Positions 40,862 through 55,509 of a stretch of 64,000 nucleotides of DNA are shown here, piece after piece. The stretch comes from the human T2T-CHM13v2.0 reference genome, Homo sapiens. The notes under the pieces were generated by a model that made no database searches, had not been told where the DNA came from, and saw only the letters and a list, made by a program, of their open reading frames with translations. Numbering within the stretch: the first letter of the stretch is position 1; every line of letters begins with the position of its first letter. The stretch is from NCBI RefSeq assembly GCF_009914755.1, contig NC_060929.1, one strand, 5' to 3'. A program made the translations under genes and the position numbers.

Positions 40862-41261
40862 ACAATTTTTTAGTATATAAATTTTGCGAGTTCAAACTAC
40901 CATTTTAACAGTGTTTTCAAGACTTCAGTGAAAATTGAAAGAAAAGTTTTTATATTTCAAGATGAATTTAATTATAAAATCGAGTTACTTCCATACAACC
41001 TTTAATTGGAAGTGATTTCCAATGTAACGACATGATAAAAAGCCAATATTAGAACAACAACCTAATAGAAGTCTATAAATATGCTCAATTAAAAGCATAT
41101 GCTTCTTGATTGATACCAACATTTGACAGTAGTTATCTCTATGAGGAGAGATTTTCATAGAAAAAATAAAAGAAAAAATCTCATCACAGATCACTTCCAA
41201 TGGATTTTGATGATATGGAACACAAATTTTGAGTTTCAATGAAGCAAAAAGAAAGAAAGAA

Positions 41262-41688
41262 TGTACTAAGCCATTCTTGCATTGCTATAAGTATATATCT
41301 GAGACTGGGTAATTTATAAAGAAAAGATATTTAATTGGCTCCCAGTTCTTCAGGCTGTCTGGGAAGCATGATGCTGGCATCTTCTTGGCTTCTAGGGAGG
41401 CCTCAGGGAACTTATACTCATGGCAGAAGGCAATCCTGTGGGGACAAGCACTTCACTTGGTGAAAGCAGGGGCAAGAGAGACAGAGAAAGTGCCAAACCC
41501 TTTTAAACCACCAGATCTTGCAAGAACTCACTCACTATCGTGAGGACAGCACCAAGAGGATGGTGTTAAAATACTCATGAGAAATCTGCCCCCATGATCC
41601 AATTACCTCCCACCAGACTCCACCTTCAACACTTGGAATTACATTTTAATGTGAGATTTGGGCGGAGACACATAGCCAAACTATATCA
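41262..41688 (-). mobile_element. MaLR solo LTR (MSTA-like)
   Basis: tgtactaagccattcttgcattgctataa...ggaagcatgatgctggcatc...ccaaactatatca. Confidence 0.9.
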
Positions 41689-42109
41689 GAAAGGAAGGAA
41701 GAAGGAAGAAAAGAATCTCATCATTCTCATCAGTAGATAAGTATTACAAAAAAATTTATTCAATAGTTCATAGGAACTCATTTTCTCTCTTATATAAAAG
41801 GGTATACATGAAATCTTCAAATTTTTTCTCTTGGTCTTCAAAATCTCAACTATCTACTATCTTGTCTTTTGTAGAAAACAGTTCTGATTCTAATTTCTGT
41901 ACAATTAAAATATAATTTATATTTTTTCTAAAGAATCAAAATATTACAGTTCACAATTACAACAATTTATTTTTCTGGAAACTAATAAAGATACTGTTTT
42001 ACAGTACAGGCAAATATTCCAAAAAATTTGTCAGGAACATTAAAAACTTTGTCTTACATCAAGTTCTAATATATGCTTGTCTGCCTCTGTTCTTCCTAAT
42101 CTATCTCCA

Positions 42110-42360
42110 TTTTTATGTCTTTATATACATATATATATAACATATATAGTATTATAAATATTACATAATTAATTTCTTAGATATAAAGCAGTCATACATA
42201 TATGTACATAGGCATGAATATATAGGTATATATATCATACATACTAATAAAGATATAGGCAGGTGAGAAATAAGCATATGACTACATATGAATGTATGTC
42301 TGGGTGTATATATATGTATCTTTTCATATATATGTTTATATATACACAAATATATGAAGA
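42110..42360. repeat. Degenerate (TA/TATG)n low-complexity tract
   Basis: Runs of atatat, tatgta and tacata. Confidence 0.7.
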
Positions 42361-42399
42361 GAAAGAGAGAGATTACTTTTAATTCTGGTTTTAATTTTC

Positions 42400-43400
42400 T
42401 AATTTTTATTTTTAAGATAGATTTTGGCATCCATATTTTATGCTTACTTGTGAAGTTGACATAAAATTATATTTCCTTTTCCTATCTATATTTAATGTTG
42501 ATACATAAGTAAAATTATATTTTTAATACATTCTTGTGAGAATTCTATCTTTCTCAATTTTCTGGAAGAGATTGTTTGATGTAGGAATGAACAATTTCAT
42601 AAATATTGTGTAGGAATCCTATGTAAAATTCTCTAAGCTTGATATTCTTTTTGTAATTAAGTACAAAAGAAAATAGAGTTCTATTAAAGATTGACCTTCA
42701 CATCAGATATTCTCTTTATGTTTTAAAATGTTTTTTATAAATAAAAATTGCACAAATCATTAATGTACACCTCAGTAAATTTGTGAGAAGTGAACATTTA
42801 TAAAACAGCCATACCCAAGCCATGAATCAGTACCTTGAAACTCTTTGTACTCCCTCTCAATCATTACACTTCTTATTATTTCCAAAGGTCTTATTTGTGC
42901 TGCTGTCCCAAAATACTTGAAACCTGGTAATTTATAAACAACAGAAAATTATTTCTCACAGTTCTTGGGACTAGAATGTCCCAGATTAAGGTGCTGGCTG
43001 GTGAGGAGCCAGTCTCTCTGCTTCCAGAAGATGCCTTTTTGCTGCATCCTGCACAGGGCAGGAAAGCTGTGTCCTCACATGGCAGAAGGGTTTGAAAGGC
43101 AAGAGACAGCTCCCTTCAATCTCAAGCACTTCCATAAGAGTTTTAATCCCATTCATGAGAGCAGAGCCCTCAAGATTTAGTCACCTCCCAAGGGCCACAT
43201 CTCTTAATGTAGCATTGGGGATTAAGTTTCAATTATAATTTTGGAGGGGACATAATTATTCAAACTATACCAGTACCACATTGACTGCTAATATATAGTT
43301 AAGTTTTGCCTGTCTTTAAATGTATAGATAAATGGGAAAAAATTAGTGTATATCACTTTGTGTCTTGTTCCTTTCATCAAATGTATTAATCCATTCTGGT
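42400..43400 (-). mobile_element. Old L1M/L1ME fragments interrupted by an MST LTR
   Basis: Antisense ORF2 (attttctggaagagatt) and antisense 3' UTR (gttaagttttgcctgt, tatcactttgtgtcttg). Confidence 0.55.
42887..43272 (-). mobile_element. MaLR solo LTR (MSTC/MSTD-like)
   Basis: ggtaatttataaacaacagaaaattatttctcacagttct...tgtgtcctcacatggcagaagg...ttcaaactatacca. Confidence 0.85.
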
Positions 43401-44009
43401 AATAGAGGGTAAAAATTTAAGCATCAGTTTTGTGATCTGTTCTCTTCCTTTCCCTGCAAAACAAAGAGGACAGTTGTCCCAGTCTAATCACCTTGTAAAC
43501 ATAATAATGTCAGACCTCCTGGTAAAAAAGAATTTGTTGTTGTTGTTGTTTGTTCTTCCTGTCAAGAGATTTCTTATCTATGAAACACTTCTGGCCAATT
43601 GTGGCTGGTTGTCTAGGGTTCCTTATTGTTAACACATCTGGGATCTATGGATTTATAGGACATGGCTCCCTTAAAATGTGACATAAGGAATGTAATTATC
43701 TGAGTCTAAACTGTGGATATTTCATTACCTAAATGACTACTTTTGCATAGGTGAGCTGACCTTTTACTTCACCTAGAAACTACATCTGTTATCCAAAGCC
43801 TGAGTATGTCCAATAATACAAAAAAGGACCTGGAAACCTTGCAAGAGTTCCTGGACCTCTGCCTTCTTTTCATGTGAATTTTAATCATATAATTTGAAAT
43901 TATTATATAATTACAAAGTGTGTAAGAACTCTAATTGAAAGCAGGTTACCTTCACAATCTGATCCTCTGTATTATTCAATAGACATTCAGATTGTTCTTA
44001 ATTGTAAGC

Positions 44010-44370
44010 GTACTATGAGTCGGGTAGTGTAGAAACAGCCTCTAAACTGAGGATCTGCACATAGATTCATACTGTGAGCATAACAATGCCTATATAAAAG
44101 CGTGAGGATGTAGGACTGGGCAGAGGTAGAATTTTACCTGCAAGAAAACTGCAACAGAAGTTTCAGGAGATTTTGTACAGAGCTTGAAAGCTGAGATAGG
44201 CTTCCGGAAATCTTTCAAATTGAGGCAAGAGAGCTGGAAAATTGTACCACCCTATTGACTAGTCAATGCAGGAGGTATTTTCCCAGTATAGGGCTTACAC
44301 TTGATGAATTATTGCCTCTGCTTGAGACAGCATTAAAAGAAGAGGGGACAGTCTAGTCCCCCATCTGTTT
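44010..44370 (-). mobile_element. ERVL LTR, LTR33-like
   Basis: aggactgggcagaggtagaa, tgcaacagaag, agctgagataggcttc, aattgaggcaagagagctgg. Confidence 0.65.
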
Positions 44371-45019
44371 TATCTACAGCCATTGCTTGATAATTATCAG
44401 ATGGAAACCGTGGGCTAGAACTTCCCATTTGTACCATACCTATAAATCAACTGAACCATGGTATTTTTGATGTAAACACTCAAATGCAATTGTAAGATAC
44501 CTGCCAAGATTCAGACCCATGTTTCTTTGAGGAATAATGAGTGAATGGGATAACACAAATGCACAAGAAAAATATCAGAACTAATTTTTCTTCATCTGTA
44601 CCTCTGGGGGAAAAATTGTATTTTTTAAGTCTATCCAAGGGACAATATCGAGCACCATTCTTATTCTCAATCTTTAGAATGATTATGATCATCCAAGGGT
44701 ATATGTCCATACTTTTGAAAGTGTGGTCTCAACTATTTTAGTACCTTGAAGAAAAGGTATAATTAAATGGATATAATGTGCAAGAATTTATCACTTTCTA
44801 TTGATGGCAAAGTTACTTTTCCAGTAATAAAATATTATTTGAAGAAACTAACGGTGTAATTGTGATAATTAACTCACAGTGATTCTTTGTTAAGCCTACC
44901 CCGTTTAAGAAGCATAACCACCAACCAATCAACATATAAGCTCTTGTTTTCAAAGGTCAGTAATTCAGGTTATGCTGAATAGCTTTAGCATACTTTTTAA
45001 GCAATATTTTAAGAAAGCT

Positions 45020-45326
<307 letters not shown>

Positions 45327-46147
45327 CTATGAACCAAGAATTTCATGTGAACAACCAGGGATTAGATGACATTAATTAAATTCATTCTATGAAATAAGTC
45401 ATACATACTTTAGAACTGGATTTTTAAACATGTATTCTTAAATCCAACAATTAAAACCATGCTAGCCTAAGTAGAAACTTGTTCTGTATTGAACTTATAA
45501 TCCTTGTTAATAGGCCATTGGTGAAGATCTTAACCATGAGCCCTCTCTTCTTTTTGGTCATCATGGTTTTGCGTCTCATAAATAAATTTTATTTATAACT
45601 CTAAATTGCTGTCTTCATCTCATGGTGGATCATTTGTGGCTATAATAGATTAATGTTGTCATTCAATTTTACAAGTTTTCTCCCTCACCTTCTTGGAACT
45701 CATTTAATGAATACATTTGGGTTTTATTTTGTTTTTGTTTTTTTCTGCTTCACCTTTGAAAACACAAATACTTATTCAAGGATTCTGTTTTACAGATTGC
45801 TAAGCTCTTTAGAGAAGCCCTTCCTCCTGAAGACAATTACTTTCCATTGCTGAGTAACAATAATAGATCTTGGAGATTCCAGAGGGCTGTGCAGAGCTTA
45901 GCAATCTGCTCTTTTCCTATTAACCAATGTACACACTTCATCACTGTTAGACATTGCGTATAATATGTATGCCTCCACAACAAGCAGTTTCTTGCTTTTA
46001 ATATGTTATAGTTCTTTTTCTTCCTATAGAACTAGTAAAATAACCAAGTTTTTAATACTTTCTAAATGTTTTTTTCTCTATTCTGAAAACTAAGCTATTT
46101 ATACAATAGTAAGGAAAATATAATAAGCCAATTTTCTTCTTTGTCTC

Positions 46148-46150
<3 letters not shown>

Positions 46151-46189
<39 letters not shown>

Positions 46190-46250
46190 CACACACACAC
46201 ATATACACACATATATATACACACACTCAGACATATATATATATATATAT
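46151..46250. repeat. Compound (TA)n/(CA)n microsatellite
   Basis: Direct reading. Confidence 0.95.
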
Positions 46251-46434
46251 GGAAAACACCTTTATAGTTACTTTAGTTTCCCCAAGAGATTTACTGAAAG
46301 TTGGTTCTTATTCTTAAATACTGTTCCCATTGGTATTGGCATTGGCATTGCATTTGGGAATTGTTAAATTTGAAAAAAAAAAAAGGAGGTGGGGTGGTTG
46401 TTAAATTGGGGAATTGACATTGCAAAAGAAATTG

Positions 46435-46648
46435 CCAGCCTGGGCAATGTGGTGAAACAATCTCTCTACAAAAAATACATAATATTAGTCAGCCATGGTG
46501 GTGTGTGCCTGTAGTCCCAGCTACATGGGGAACTGAGGTAGGAGGATTGATGGAGTTCAGAAGATAGAAGTTAGAGGCCACAATGAGCCGTGATCACACC
46601 ACTGCACTCCAGCCTGGGCGACAGAGTGAGACTGTCTCAAAAATAAAT
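46435..46648 (+). mobile_element. AluJ, 5'-truncated
   Basis: ccagcctgggcaatgtggtg, gaggtaggaggatt, gagccgtgatcacaccactgcactccagcctgggcgacagagtgagac. Confidence 0.88.
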
Positions 46649-47678
46649 TATGTTCAGTTTTACAACATGAAGGAGTCTGGATCCCTGATCTACGGACATT
46701 CATTCCAATGAGGCACATAGGTTAGGTCTATATGCTTTGTTCTACTGCTTTGTTCTACAGCATTTGGGGGTTTATCTGTGATACTGAGTAGAATTAAATT
46801 GTATTCAATTAAGAGACTGAAACATGACTAGAGTCTATCTGTAGAGTGTTGCAGCATGTGCAATGTGCAATGTGCAATGACTCAGGGAAGGATATCTTCT
46901 GCTCCTTGCCAGAGCAGAATGGCTCATGCAGGTTTCTGCGGTACTCTGGGTTACAGAAGGCCAGAGCATTAAAGGTTCCATGTAAGAAGAAATGTGTAGT
47001 GTAACATATGCAACTGGGGACAAGGAGGAGGGGACTTCAAATATAAGATCAGAGTTGGATATGATCTTTGGAGAAAAAAGTCAATTAGACTCTGGTTTTG
47101 TCAGGGTGAGTGAAAATTTTCTGGGCATAAGTATTTTTTCAGGAGCCTTGACAATGGTTTGATGATTTGTCCTCATGATTTGCTATTTCACGAATTAAAA
47201 AGAATATTTGAAACTGAATATATGTTAATGTGAATATACATTAAATTTTATTACTATGCTCGCATTTCATGAAATCTAGCAATGTGATCTCTCAAACCAC
47301 ATTGTTTGTTACATGATGTTTTAATAAAAGTAACCATATAATTTGATCATTAAAACACTTTTAGCACTTTTTTAGTATTTGTAGTGATAAACACCATAAT
47401 CTGTTTTACAATTAATACATATTCTCATTTCAGTTAGATTTCATATAAAGGATTATTTCACAAAGAAGATGAAACTAGTTTGTATAAAATACATTTTGTA
47501 GTATATATTTCATCATAGCTGTGGAAGTTTATCTATTTAAAGTGGTTAAATACAAATCATAGCATACAATACAAAGTAAGTATTTGTTAGTCATTCAATT
47601 GTTTTGATGACCAAGAAGAATCAATGGCTTAATCAAGGTTAAAAAATGGTATTTGGCCTCTATTATTTCACTTTTCTG

Positions 47679-48014
47679 TTAAGATGAGGTTATACTGGGT
47701 TAGAGTGGGCCCCAAATTCAATGACCTATGTCCTTGTAAGAAGGCCATATAAAGACACAGGCACAGAAAGGGAGGCCTCAGAATATGAAAGCAGAGATTG
47801 AAGTGATGAATTTACAAGCCAAGGAATGTCAAAACACTAGGAGAGATGCATGGAATAGATCATCCCTAGATCCTTTGGATGGAACGTGACACTGTCAGCA
47901 TGTCAATACTAGACTCCTAGTCTCCAGAACTGTGAGAGAATATGTTTTTGTTTGTTTGTTTGTTTGTTTTAGACTTTTGTGGTATTTTCTATGTTGCCAA
48001 AAGAAACTAATACA
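47679..48014 (+). mobile_element. MaLR LTR (MLT1B/C-like)
   Basis: ttaagatgaggttatactgggttagagtgggccc, gcagagattgaagtgatg, ctccagaactgtgagagaat, gaaactaataca. Confidence 0.85.
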
Positions 48015-48400
48015 TAGGCACTATGTTAGTTGTCACTGGAAATTTTATGGAAATAAGATTTGCATTCTAAAATTTATTAGGAGAGACAGACAAGTAAGCA
48101 GATGATTATAATAAAATGTGATATGTGTTACAATAAGGCATTTTAGAGTATCAAATCAGACATCAAACTTAGGTTTCCTGAAGAGAAGTGGCTCTAAATA
48201 GAGATTTTGAAGATAAATAGGTGTTAGAGAGGATGGGAGAGGAGAAGAATTCCTGTGCAGTAAAGAGTAAAGGCACAGTGGTGGCTGTGGCAAGAATGAT
48301 TTTAGCACATTTGGAGCACAAGTGAATTGGTAGAGGAAACTTTCATAAGAGATTGAAACAGCAGGGAAGATAACCAAGGTTGTATCAGCCATTTAAAACA
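48015..48400 (-). mobile_element. L2 fragment
   Basis: aggcactatgtta, ggagagacagacaagtaagcagatgattataata, gtttcctgaagagaagtg, ttgaagataaataggtgtt. Confidence 0.65.
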
Positions 48401-48629
48401 TTTACATGCATACTGAGGGCAAGACTGCTTTGTTCTACAGCTGAAAAACATACTGAGGAATGGTATCAACTTTATTGCTAGTGAAATGCATTGGAGTACC
48501 TAATATGCAAATAAACTTAAAGTGGTTTTTGAGTCCTTGTTTAATGGATTTAATTTGTCCACTCAATCTAAGACAGAAGAGTTTACTAATTTCAAGCTAC
48601 CACCTGCAGAGGCGGACATTTCATCAGTA

Positions 48630-48915
48630 GGTTTGTTTGTCTAGTATTGATAAAATGCATTTTCTCTTCCTCCTGATCAATGAATTGGAATATATTTTCC
48701 AACTTTTGCAGTTGGAAATGTCCATATAACTGGATTTTGGCCGCCAATGACATGTGAATTGAAGTAAAATGCAATCCATTAGATTTAGCCCATTTAAACT
48801 TTCCAAATGTATTCCTCCATACTTGATCCCCTATTTTGGTGACCTTAGCTGCCATGTATTGAAGGTAGCAGCACCATAAAATAGAATAATCTGGTTCCTT
48901 GATTATTTGAGAGAG
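48630..48915 (+). mobile_element. MaLR LTR (MLT1J-like) fragment
   Basis: tatattttccaacttttgcagttgg...taactggattttggcc...aatgacatgtgaattgaagt. Confidence 0.55.
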
Positions 48916-48920
48916 CATTT

Positions 48921-48997
48921 GAGAGAGAGGGAGGGAGAAGAAGAAGGAGAAGGAGAAGAAGAGGAGAAGAAGAAGAGGGGGAGAGGAGGAAAAGGAA
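48921..48997. repeat. Polypurine (GAA/GGA)n tract
   Basis: Direct reading. Confidence 0.9.
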
Positions 48998-49838
48998 AAT
49001 TATATTGATAGTTGATGTTAGAAAAGCATTTGAAAGATGGTAATAGTCAAGTTAAACCTATGATGTTTATAGTGCAGATGGAGAGAACATGTGATAATTC
49101 AAAATATATTTCGAAGGAGGGATTCAAAGCAAATGGTAACTGGATTTTTATAAATATTGGACTAATAGAATCAATCACAAATATTAAATGTATGAAAAAA
49201 GTATATGGGGGTGGGTTATGGAGTTTTGTAAGTGGTTTCATCAGTTTGTATGATGTTGTGCCTCAGTTGTTTATGGGACTTCAAAGAGAAAATGCCTTGT
49301 AGAATTTGTGTGTGAGAGTATGTGTGTCTATAATGGAAGCACTTGTTTGTAGAGACAGAGAGTATATACAAAGAAAAGAATTAAAAAAAATAAAATCCTA
49401 GGTAAATTTGAGATGCAGAAGAACTACTTCTGGATACTAGAAGACCTCAGTGCTTTCAGGCTGATCTATATGACTGGAATAAACATAACCCTCTCTCCTA
49501 ATCTTTTTTTCTATCATTTCAACATGACTCTTAGGCATACTTCAGAAATTAGCTTAAAAGTTATTTCACAACATATATTTGCCACCTAACCTATCTCAGC
49601 CTCCTCCAGGCTGTGATAGTATATTGCACATGTAATTGAAGGAGAAAGTCATTTTGGAGAAACAGGGACAGATGTAAATTTGTTTCCTTCATTTGAGTTT
49701 TAGCTCAGTAGAATTTGTTTTACTTGAATTAATTTAAATGTTAAGATGCTATATTTGATCCGTTGCAAACATATCTAAAGTCTGACATTAGGCTACTAAA
49801 CAGTCTCTGCCCTTCTCCATATAGATCAGTGGTACTCT

Positions 49839-49892
49839 GTACTTATCAGGTAATAAGTACTATCAGGTAATAGGTACTTATCAGATAATAAG
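49839..49892. repeat. 3 x ~18-bp tandem repeat (GTACTTATCAGGTAATAA)
   Basis: gtacttatcaggtaataa / gtac-tatcaggtaatag / gtacttatcagataataa. Confidence 0.9.
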
Positions 49893-50137
49893 ACCAATGC
49901 CAGAAGCAAGATTACATTGCATACCCTGATAAGGGTATAGTCAGTGCAAATTGAAGACAGCATACCTATCACTACAATATGCCCTTCAAGTGTAACATTC
50001 TAAGAATAATTCACATTTGAGCAAAAAACTTCAGTGTGCAATACAGAATATATCAAGTTAGGAAGGAAATATTCGGTAAAGATTGTTGTGTATAAACATG
50101 TCTTAATGTGGAAACTAGGTTTAACCTTTCTTTCTAG

Positions 50138-50239
50138 TTTTATTTATATATATATATTTGTTATACTTTAAGTTCTAGGATACATGTGCACAACGTGCAG
50201 GTTTGTTACATATGTATACATGTGACATGTTGGTGTGCT
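50138..50239 (-). mobile_element. L1PA (PA4-PA6-like) terminal ~100 bp
   Basis: ttatactttaagttctaggatacatgtgcacaacgtgcaggtttgttacatatgtatacatgtg. Confidence 0.88.
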
Positions 50240-52124
50240 AAAAGTTGGTTTATATTAGTTGAAGAAAAAGGCCAGATCCCTAACTCTATTGTGAGAGTCT
50301 GTTTCTTATTGTATGTCACCTTTTACACCAACATGCTTTCCAGTTCCACCTTGCTACAGAGATGATACCTACTAAAACCGAGGGGATGAGGGTGATTTAC
50401 CTATCGTGCTACAACACAGTGTAGCTTAGAATAAGCTGCATTCTATAACATATTCCCAGAAAATAAAGATATATTCAAGAGCCAAATTAATAGAATAAGC
50501 TTTTATATGCTGCTTTCTTTTGTCTTTCAGCTTTAGTGAATATGCTGCACTGTATTTTTATGCTTTCAACCTTTTTATAGTATCCTGAATGGCATCACAT
50601 GAGAGGCCATAAACAAGGCAATGTTTCTGGAATATTATAAATGTGATGAAGTGAACTGAAATGGGCATTTCAAATTACACTGTCTAGAGATAAGTGAAAG
50701 TCCCTTTCCACAGAGCTTTAATGGTAATTGGATCACTAACCCCTGGGAAAATGCATGTTCTAAGTCTCCCTCTGATATTATTTTCTGTTCTTCATATGGT
50801 TTGAGTCTAAATCACCACTCACACATCTGTGTTTTTAAGAGTCTGTTGAGAGGTCATTAAGCCTTTCTGCACCATGTAGTAGTCCTCAGAGCTTTGTTTT
50901 CTTTGTGTGTATTATTTAGAGTTTGTATGAGTGCCGAACAACCTAAATAACTTGAATCTGCAGTAAATATATTTTTTGGTGGCCACCTAGGTATGGGGCA
51001 ATCCCTTGACCTCTCTTCTCTTTCTCTGACGCAAATCAAAGTGTATTTCAAATAGTACTGCCTTGAATCATTCTCAGGGTAAAGTTACATCATTAAAGTA
51101 GTTCACCCTGAATGCCTTAAGCTAGTGCTTCTACTCTTGACTGGAAAGATTAAATTAAAAAAAGAAAGAAAGAAATGCTGTGGATGGCAGTATTCTTTAA
51201 TAATGTCTAAAGTCTTTGCTGAGATAGCTTGTCTGATTTCATGTACATGGAGTGACAACTTGCAAGACGTGAAATTGAGACAACAGCAAAATAACTCCAG
51301 AAGATATCATACTCTGAGATTTTGAAAATTTAGTGTTATTTCTGGACATGGCTAATCAGGAATTGCTTAAGTACAGAAAGTATCAGATCTAAAAAAACAT
51401 TATCTAGAAAACATGAGAGGTGGAATTTTCTCTCAAGCCATTTTTTTGTATCTGTAGTTTCACCAGGGAATCTTTTATATAAACTCACTTTACTATAGAT
51501 TTCAATTGAAATAAGGACTGAAGTTGCTGATTTCCCTGGTCATATTGATAATAAAAACCATAACTAAGCCGACTGAAAATGAGTTAAGTTCCTAAGATCC
51601 AGCAAAAGATTGGCGTGTAGTGTATAGATAGTGTCTTCCATACTTGTTTTACTAAAGCCTTAATACTTATCCTGTAAATACAATTTTAAGTTCTGTTAAA
51701 ATGTTACAGTGAGATACACAAGTTTATCTGTTAATAATTTAAATAAAGTATTAATTTTAATTCAGAGCAGAAATACTATATTTGTCAAATTACACTATAA
51801 TTATTACTAAATTTTTAATCTTTCATTCATAATTTCCAATATTTGCTTCAGTACATTATACATTTCTAAAAAAACTATGAAATGTAAGGCTTAAAATAGA
51901 AATTCTTACACAGTATGTCCAGTTAAAATTATCCAACTACAAAACAAATACTAAAACTGTTTCCAATCATATTCCTGAAAACTAAAACTTATCCACTTAA
52001 GTCACTATCAAAATTTTAATTAGAGAATCTAGTTAATTACATGTTAAAATATTTTTCCTTGTATTTAAAAAGAAATTTAAATATATTTACAATGCAGATT
52101 GCCAGAAACTAATGTTGTCATTGA

Positions 52125-52657
52125 GCACCCTAGTGACCTGATTGCTCAGCCTTCTCTGGGTTCATGCCATTGGCATGCAACTTTGCAGTTCCTTCCAGTA
52201 AAGGGTGGGAGTGTGGAAGGACTACATATATTCCACTCCTTGGATGTGGGTTTTGTCTTGTAATTTGCTTAGGTCAGTTGAATAACATGAATGTGTGTGT
52301 TAACAGGCTGCTTCTGAGCCAAGTTTAGGAGGTAGTGTATTTTTTCTGTATGTTCTTTCTCACCTCTGCCGCCACCATGAAAGGAATATCTCCATATTAT
52401 CTCTCTGATCCGATTGAGAAGATTTAGACAAATGAAGCGGAGCCACACCAGAACAGCTGAATCACAGAGGCCAGCCTAGGCCAGCCAAGCACCTGCCAAT
52501 TCATAGATGATGAATGAGTCCGGCCTATATGAAGCAGTCCTGAGTGAATCTAGACCAGGCACAAAGATGACCTAAAGAAACCCTAATTGTTGTATGTCAA
52601 TAAAGTTTCAGCATGGCTTGGTATGTTGCATTACTGTGATTATAGCTATATAATACA
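52125..52657 (+). mobile_element. MaLR LTR (MLT1H-like)
   Basis: actttgcagttccttcc, ccgccaccatga, ccagcctaggccagcca, ttgttgtatgtca...gcattactgtg...taataca. Confidence 0.7.
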
Positions 52658-53599
52658 TATAGCCTACATTTCAGAAATTTGAGAAAGATAGACATAGGAT
52701 GGAAACAATAAATACAGTCTTGAAAAAATGGTTCAATATAATAATTCAACAATAATTAATATTTTATTTATTTATGTAGATCACAAATGCTATTGAATAT
52801 TATAAAAAGATCACCTCTGAAAAATATAAGCACATTCAATGCAAATTTGACATACACAGCACCCATGAAGTTTTATTATTGACCACTTCAGTATCATTGG
52901 AAAAACTACATTTATAACAAATTAGGAAGTATCAGTATATTTTTATCTTGTGTATATTCTAGCAATGCAGTTATCTTTGCTTTAATTTCTTTCAAGGGCA
53001 CTCATCTACATAGAACCTTATAAAGTAAAAGAATAAGCTCTAAAAAATAAAGTAAATCTTATAGGATACCCTCTACAGAGGTACTTGTAAGTTTATTTAT
53101 CATTTTAAAGAAACTGTGAAAGGAAATACAAGAATTTCATGTTATGCTTTTAGAAGCAGTACAAAAATCTATGGCAATTTCTGGCATCATGCCTAACTCT
53201 GAAGAAATTAAGAAGTTATAGCTGACAATAATAGTAGTGAAATGTAGGATGGAAGTACTATTCAGAAGAAAATTGAATAATAATATCATAAAAAATTGAT
53301 GACTTAGAAAATAAGCATCATTCATCTAATATACACTATTGGAATCCTAGAAAGAGAGGTTTTATACAAGGTAAAACTTTTTCTGAGTTACCTCTGGGTA
53401 ATATTTGATGAATAGTCTCCTCATTATTTCTCAGTAGGAAGACTATTCAAAAAATTGCCAAGCTACTTCTGTTCAGGTGTAGATTCACCTGCCACATATT
53501 GGAGATAAATATTGAGACTGAGGAGAAGAAAAAATGTTATAGAATTCTATTTAATTGATTGAATGGAAGTGTTCCAAATAGAAGTTTTCAAATAATACA

Positions 53600-53850
53600 C
53601 AGTTGGCCCTTTGGTGTTTGCAGGGGATTGGTTTCAGGACCTCCTGCTGAGAGAAAAATCTGAGGATGCACAAGTCTATTATATAAAATGGTGTCACATA
53701 ATCCACCCTCTGTATCCACAGGATCCAAATCTGTGGATTCCACCAACCACAGATGGAAAATACACACAGTGGCCCTACCTATCTACTGTTTTCCATCCTT
53801 GGTTGTTTGAATCAACAGATGTGAAACTCATGGATACGGAAGGCCAACTG
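53600..53850 (+). mobile_element. MER2/MER2B Tigger-type MITE
   Basis: TIRs cagttggccct / aggccaactg + TA; internal ggggattggtttcaggacc, ttatataaaatgg, tggattccaccaacc. Confidence 0.8.
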
Positions 53851-53864
53851 TATCTATAACTGCA

Positions 53865-54217
53865 GGTCTTAGTCCTTCTGCGGATGCTATAATGAAATAC
53901 CCCAGACTGGGCTGCTTATACAAAATAGAAATTTCTTACTCACCAGTTATGGAGGCTCAAAAGTCCAACATCGAGGCACCAGCAAATTTGGTGTTTGGGG
54001 AATGCTCACGTTCTGTTTCATAAATGACACCTTCTTGCTGTGTCCTTGGGTGGTAAAAAGGGCAAACAAACTTCCTCAGGCATCAATTATAAAGGCATAA
54101 TACTCTTCTCCAAGGCTCTGCCCTCATGATGTAATCATGTCCCATAGGCTCCCTCACCTAATTACATAATGGTGATTAGGTTTCAACATATGAATTTGGG
54201 AGGGACATACCATAGCA
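53865..54217 (-). mobile_element. MaLR solo LTR (MLT1A-like)
   Basis: gtcttagtcc...aaagtccaacatcgaggcaccagca...ggctctgccctcatga...aggtttcaacatatgaatttgg...ccatagca. Confidence 0.85.
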
Positions 54218-54827
54218 TTTACCAATAATTTATTTGCATTTCTAGGTGTGTAATATTTTAGTATGTATAAACAACGTGGAAACTGAATTTCAGCTAAACA
54301 AATTTATGAAAATTATATTTAAACAAACCATGCACATTCATCTACAGAATATTTTTAAAGCTATCTCATATCACATATTCTCATTATTATATACATACTT
54401 TTCAGATTCGATCACCTATATGAAACTTTTCAGAAACAACCTAATTGTATTATGTGTTCACTTTTTCCATTACAGGCATCTTGAGAATAGTTCATGTGTC
54501 TTTTACATTTTTGTATCTTTAATGTCTGCCAAATATACAGCTATTCCCAATGTGTATTTATGAAAATTGAAAATAATTAAATTATAAGTACAGCAAGGAC
54601 TCAATAATATTTGGGGTTTTAAATTCCAAATTGAAAAGCAAGTGATATTACATAGTATTCAAAGTGTGTTGAGAAAATTCTATGGGTTTCCTTTTAGTTG
54701 CTTTAAAATTATTTACTTTATTATTTATACTATCTTCCAGAGCACCAGTGTTTCTTACTATATGCTTCTTCACCTTTCCCCAGTAGTATTCACGGTTTCC
54801 AAAAGATACCAAATAACACTTCCTATC

Positions 54828-55499
<672 letters not shown>

Positions 55500-55509
55500 C
55501 TATTCAAAT

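Noticed and set aside
49839-49892. Triple repeat as a CRISPR-like array
   Set aside because: The units are contiguous with no spacers; it is an ordinary tandem duplication.
50509-50530. Strong plus-strand splice acceptor (tgctgctttctttt...gtctttcag)
   Set aside because: No convincing donor at exon distance; isolated acceptors are common in T-rich DNA.
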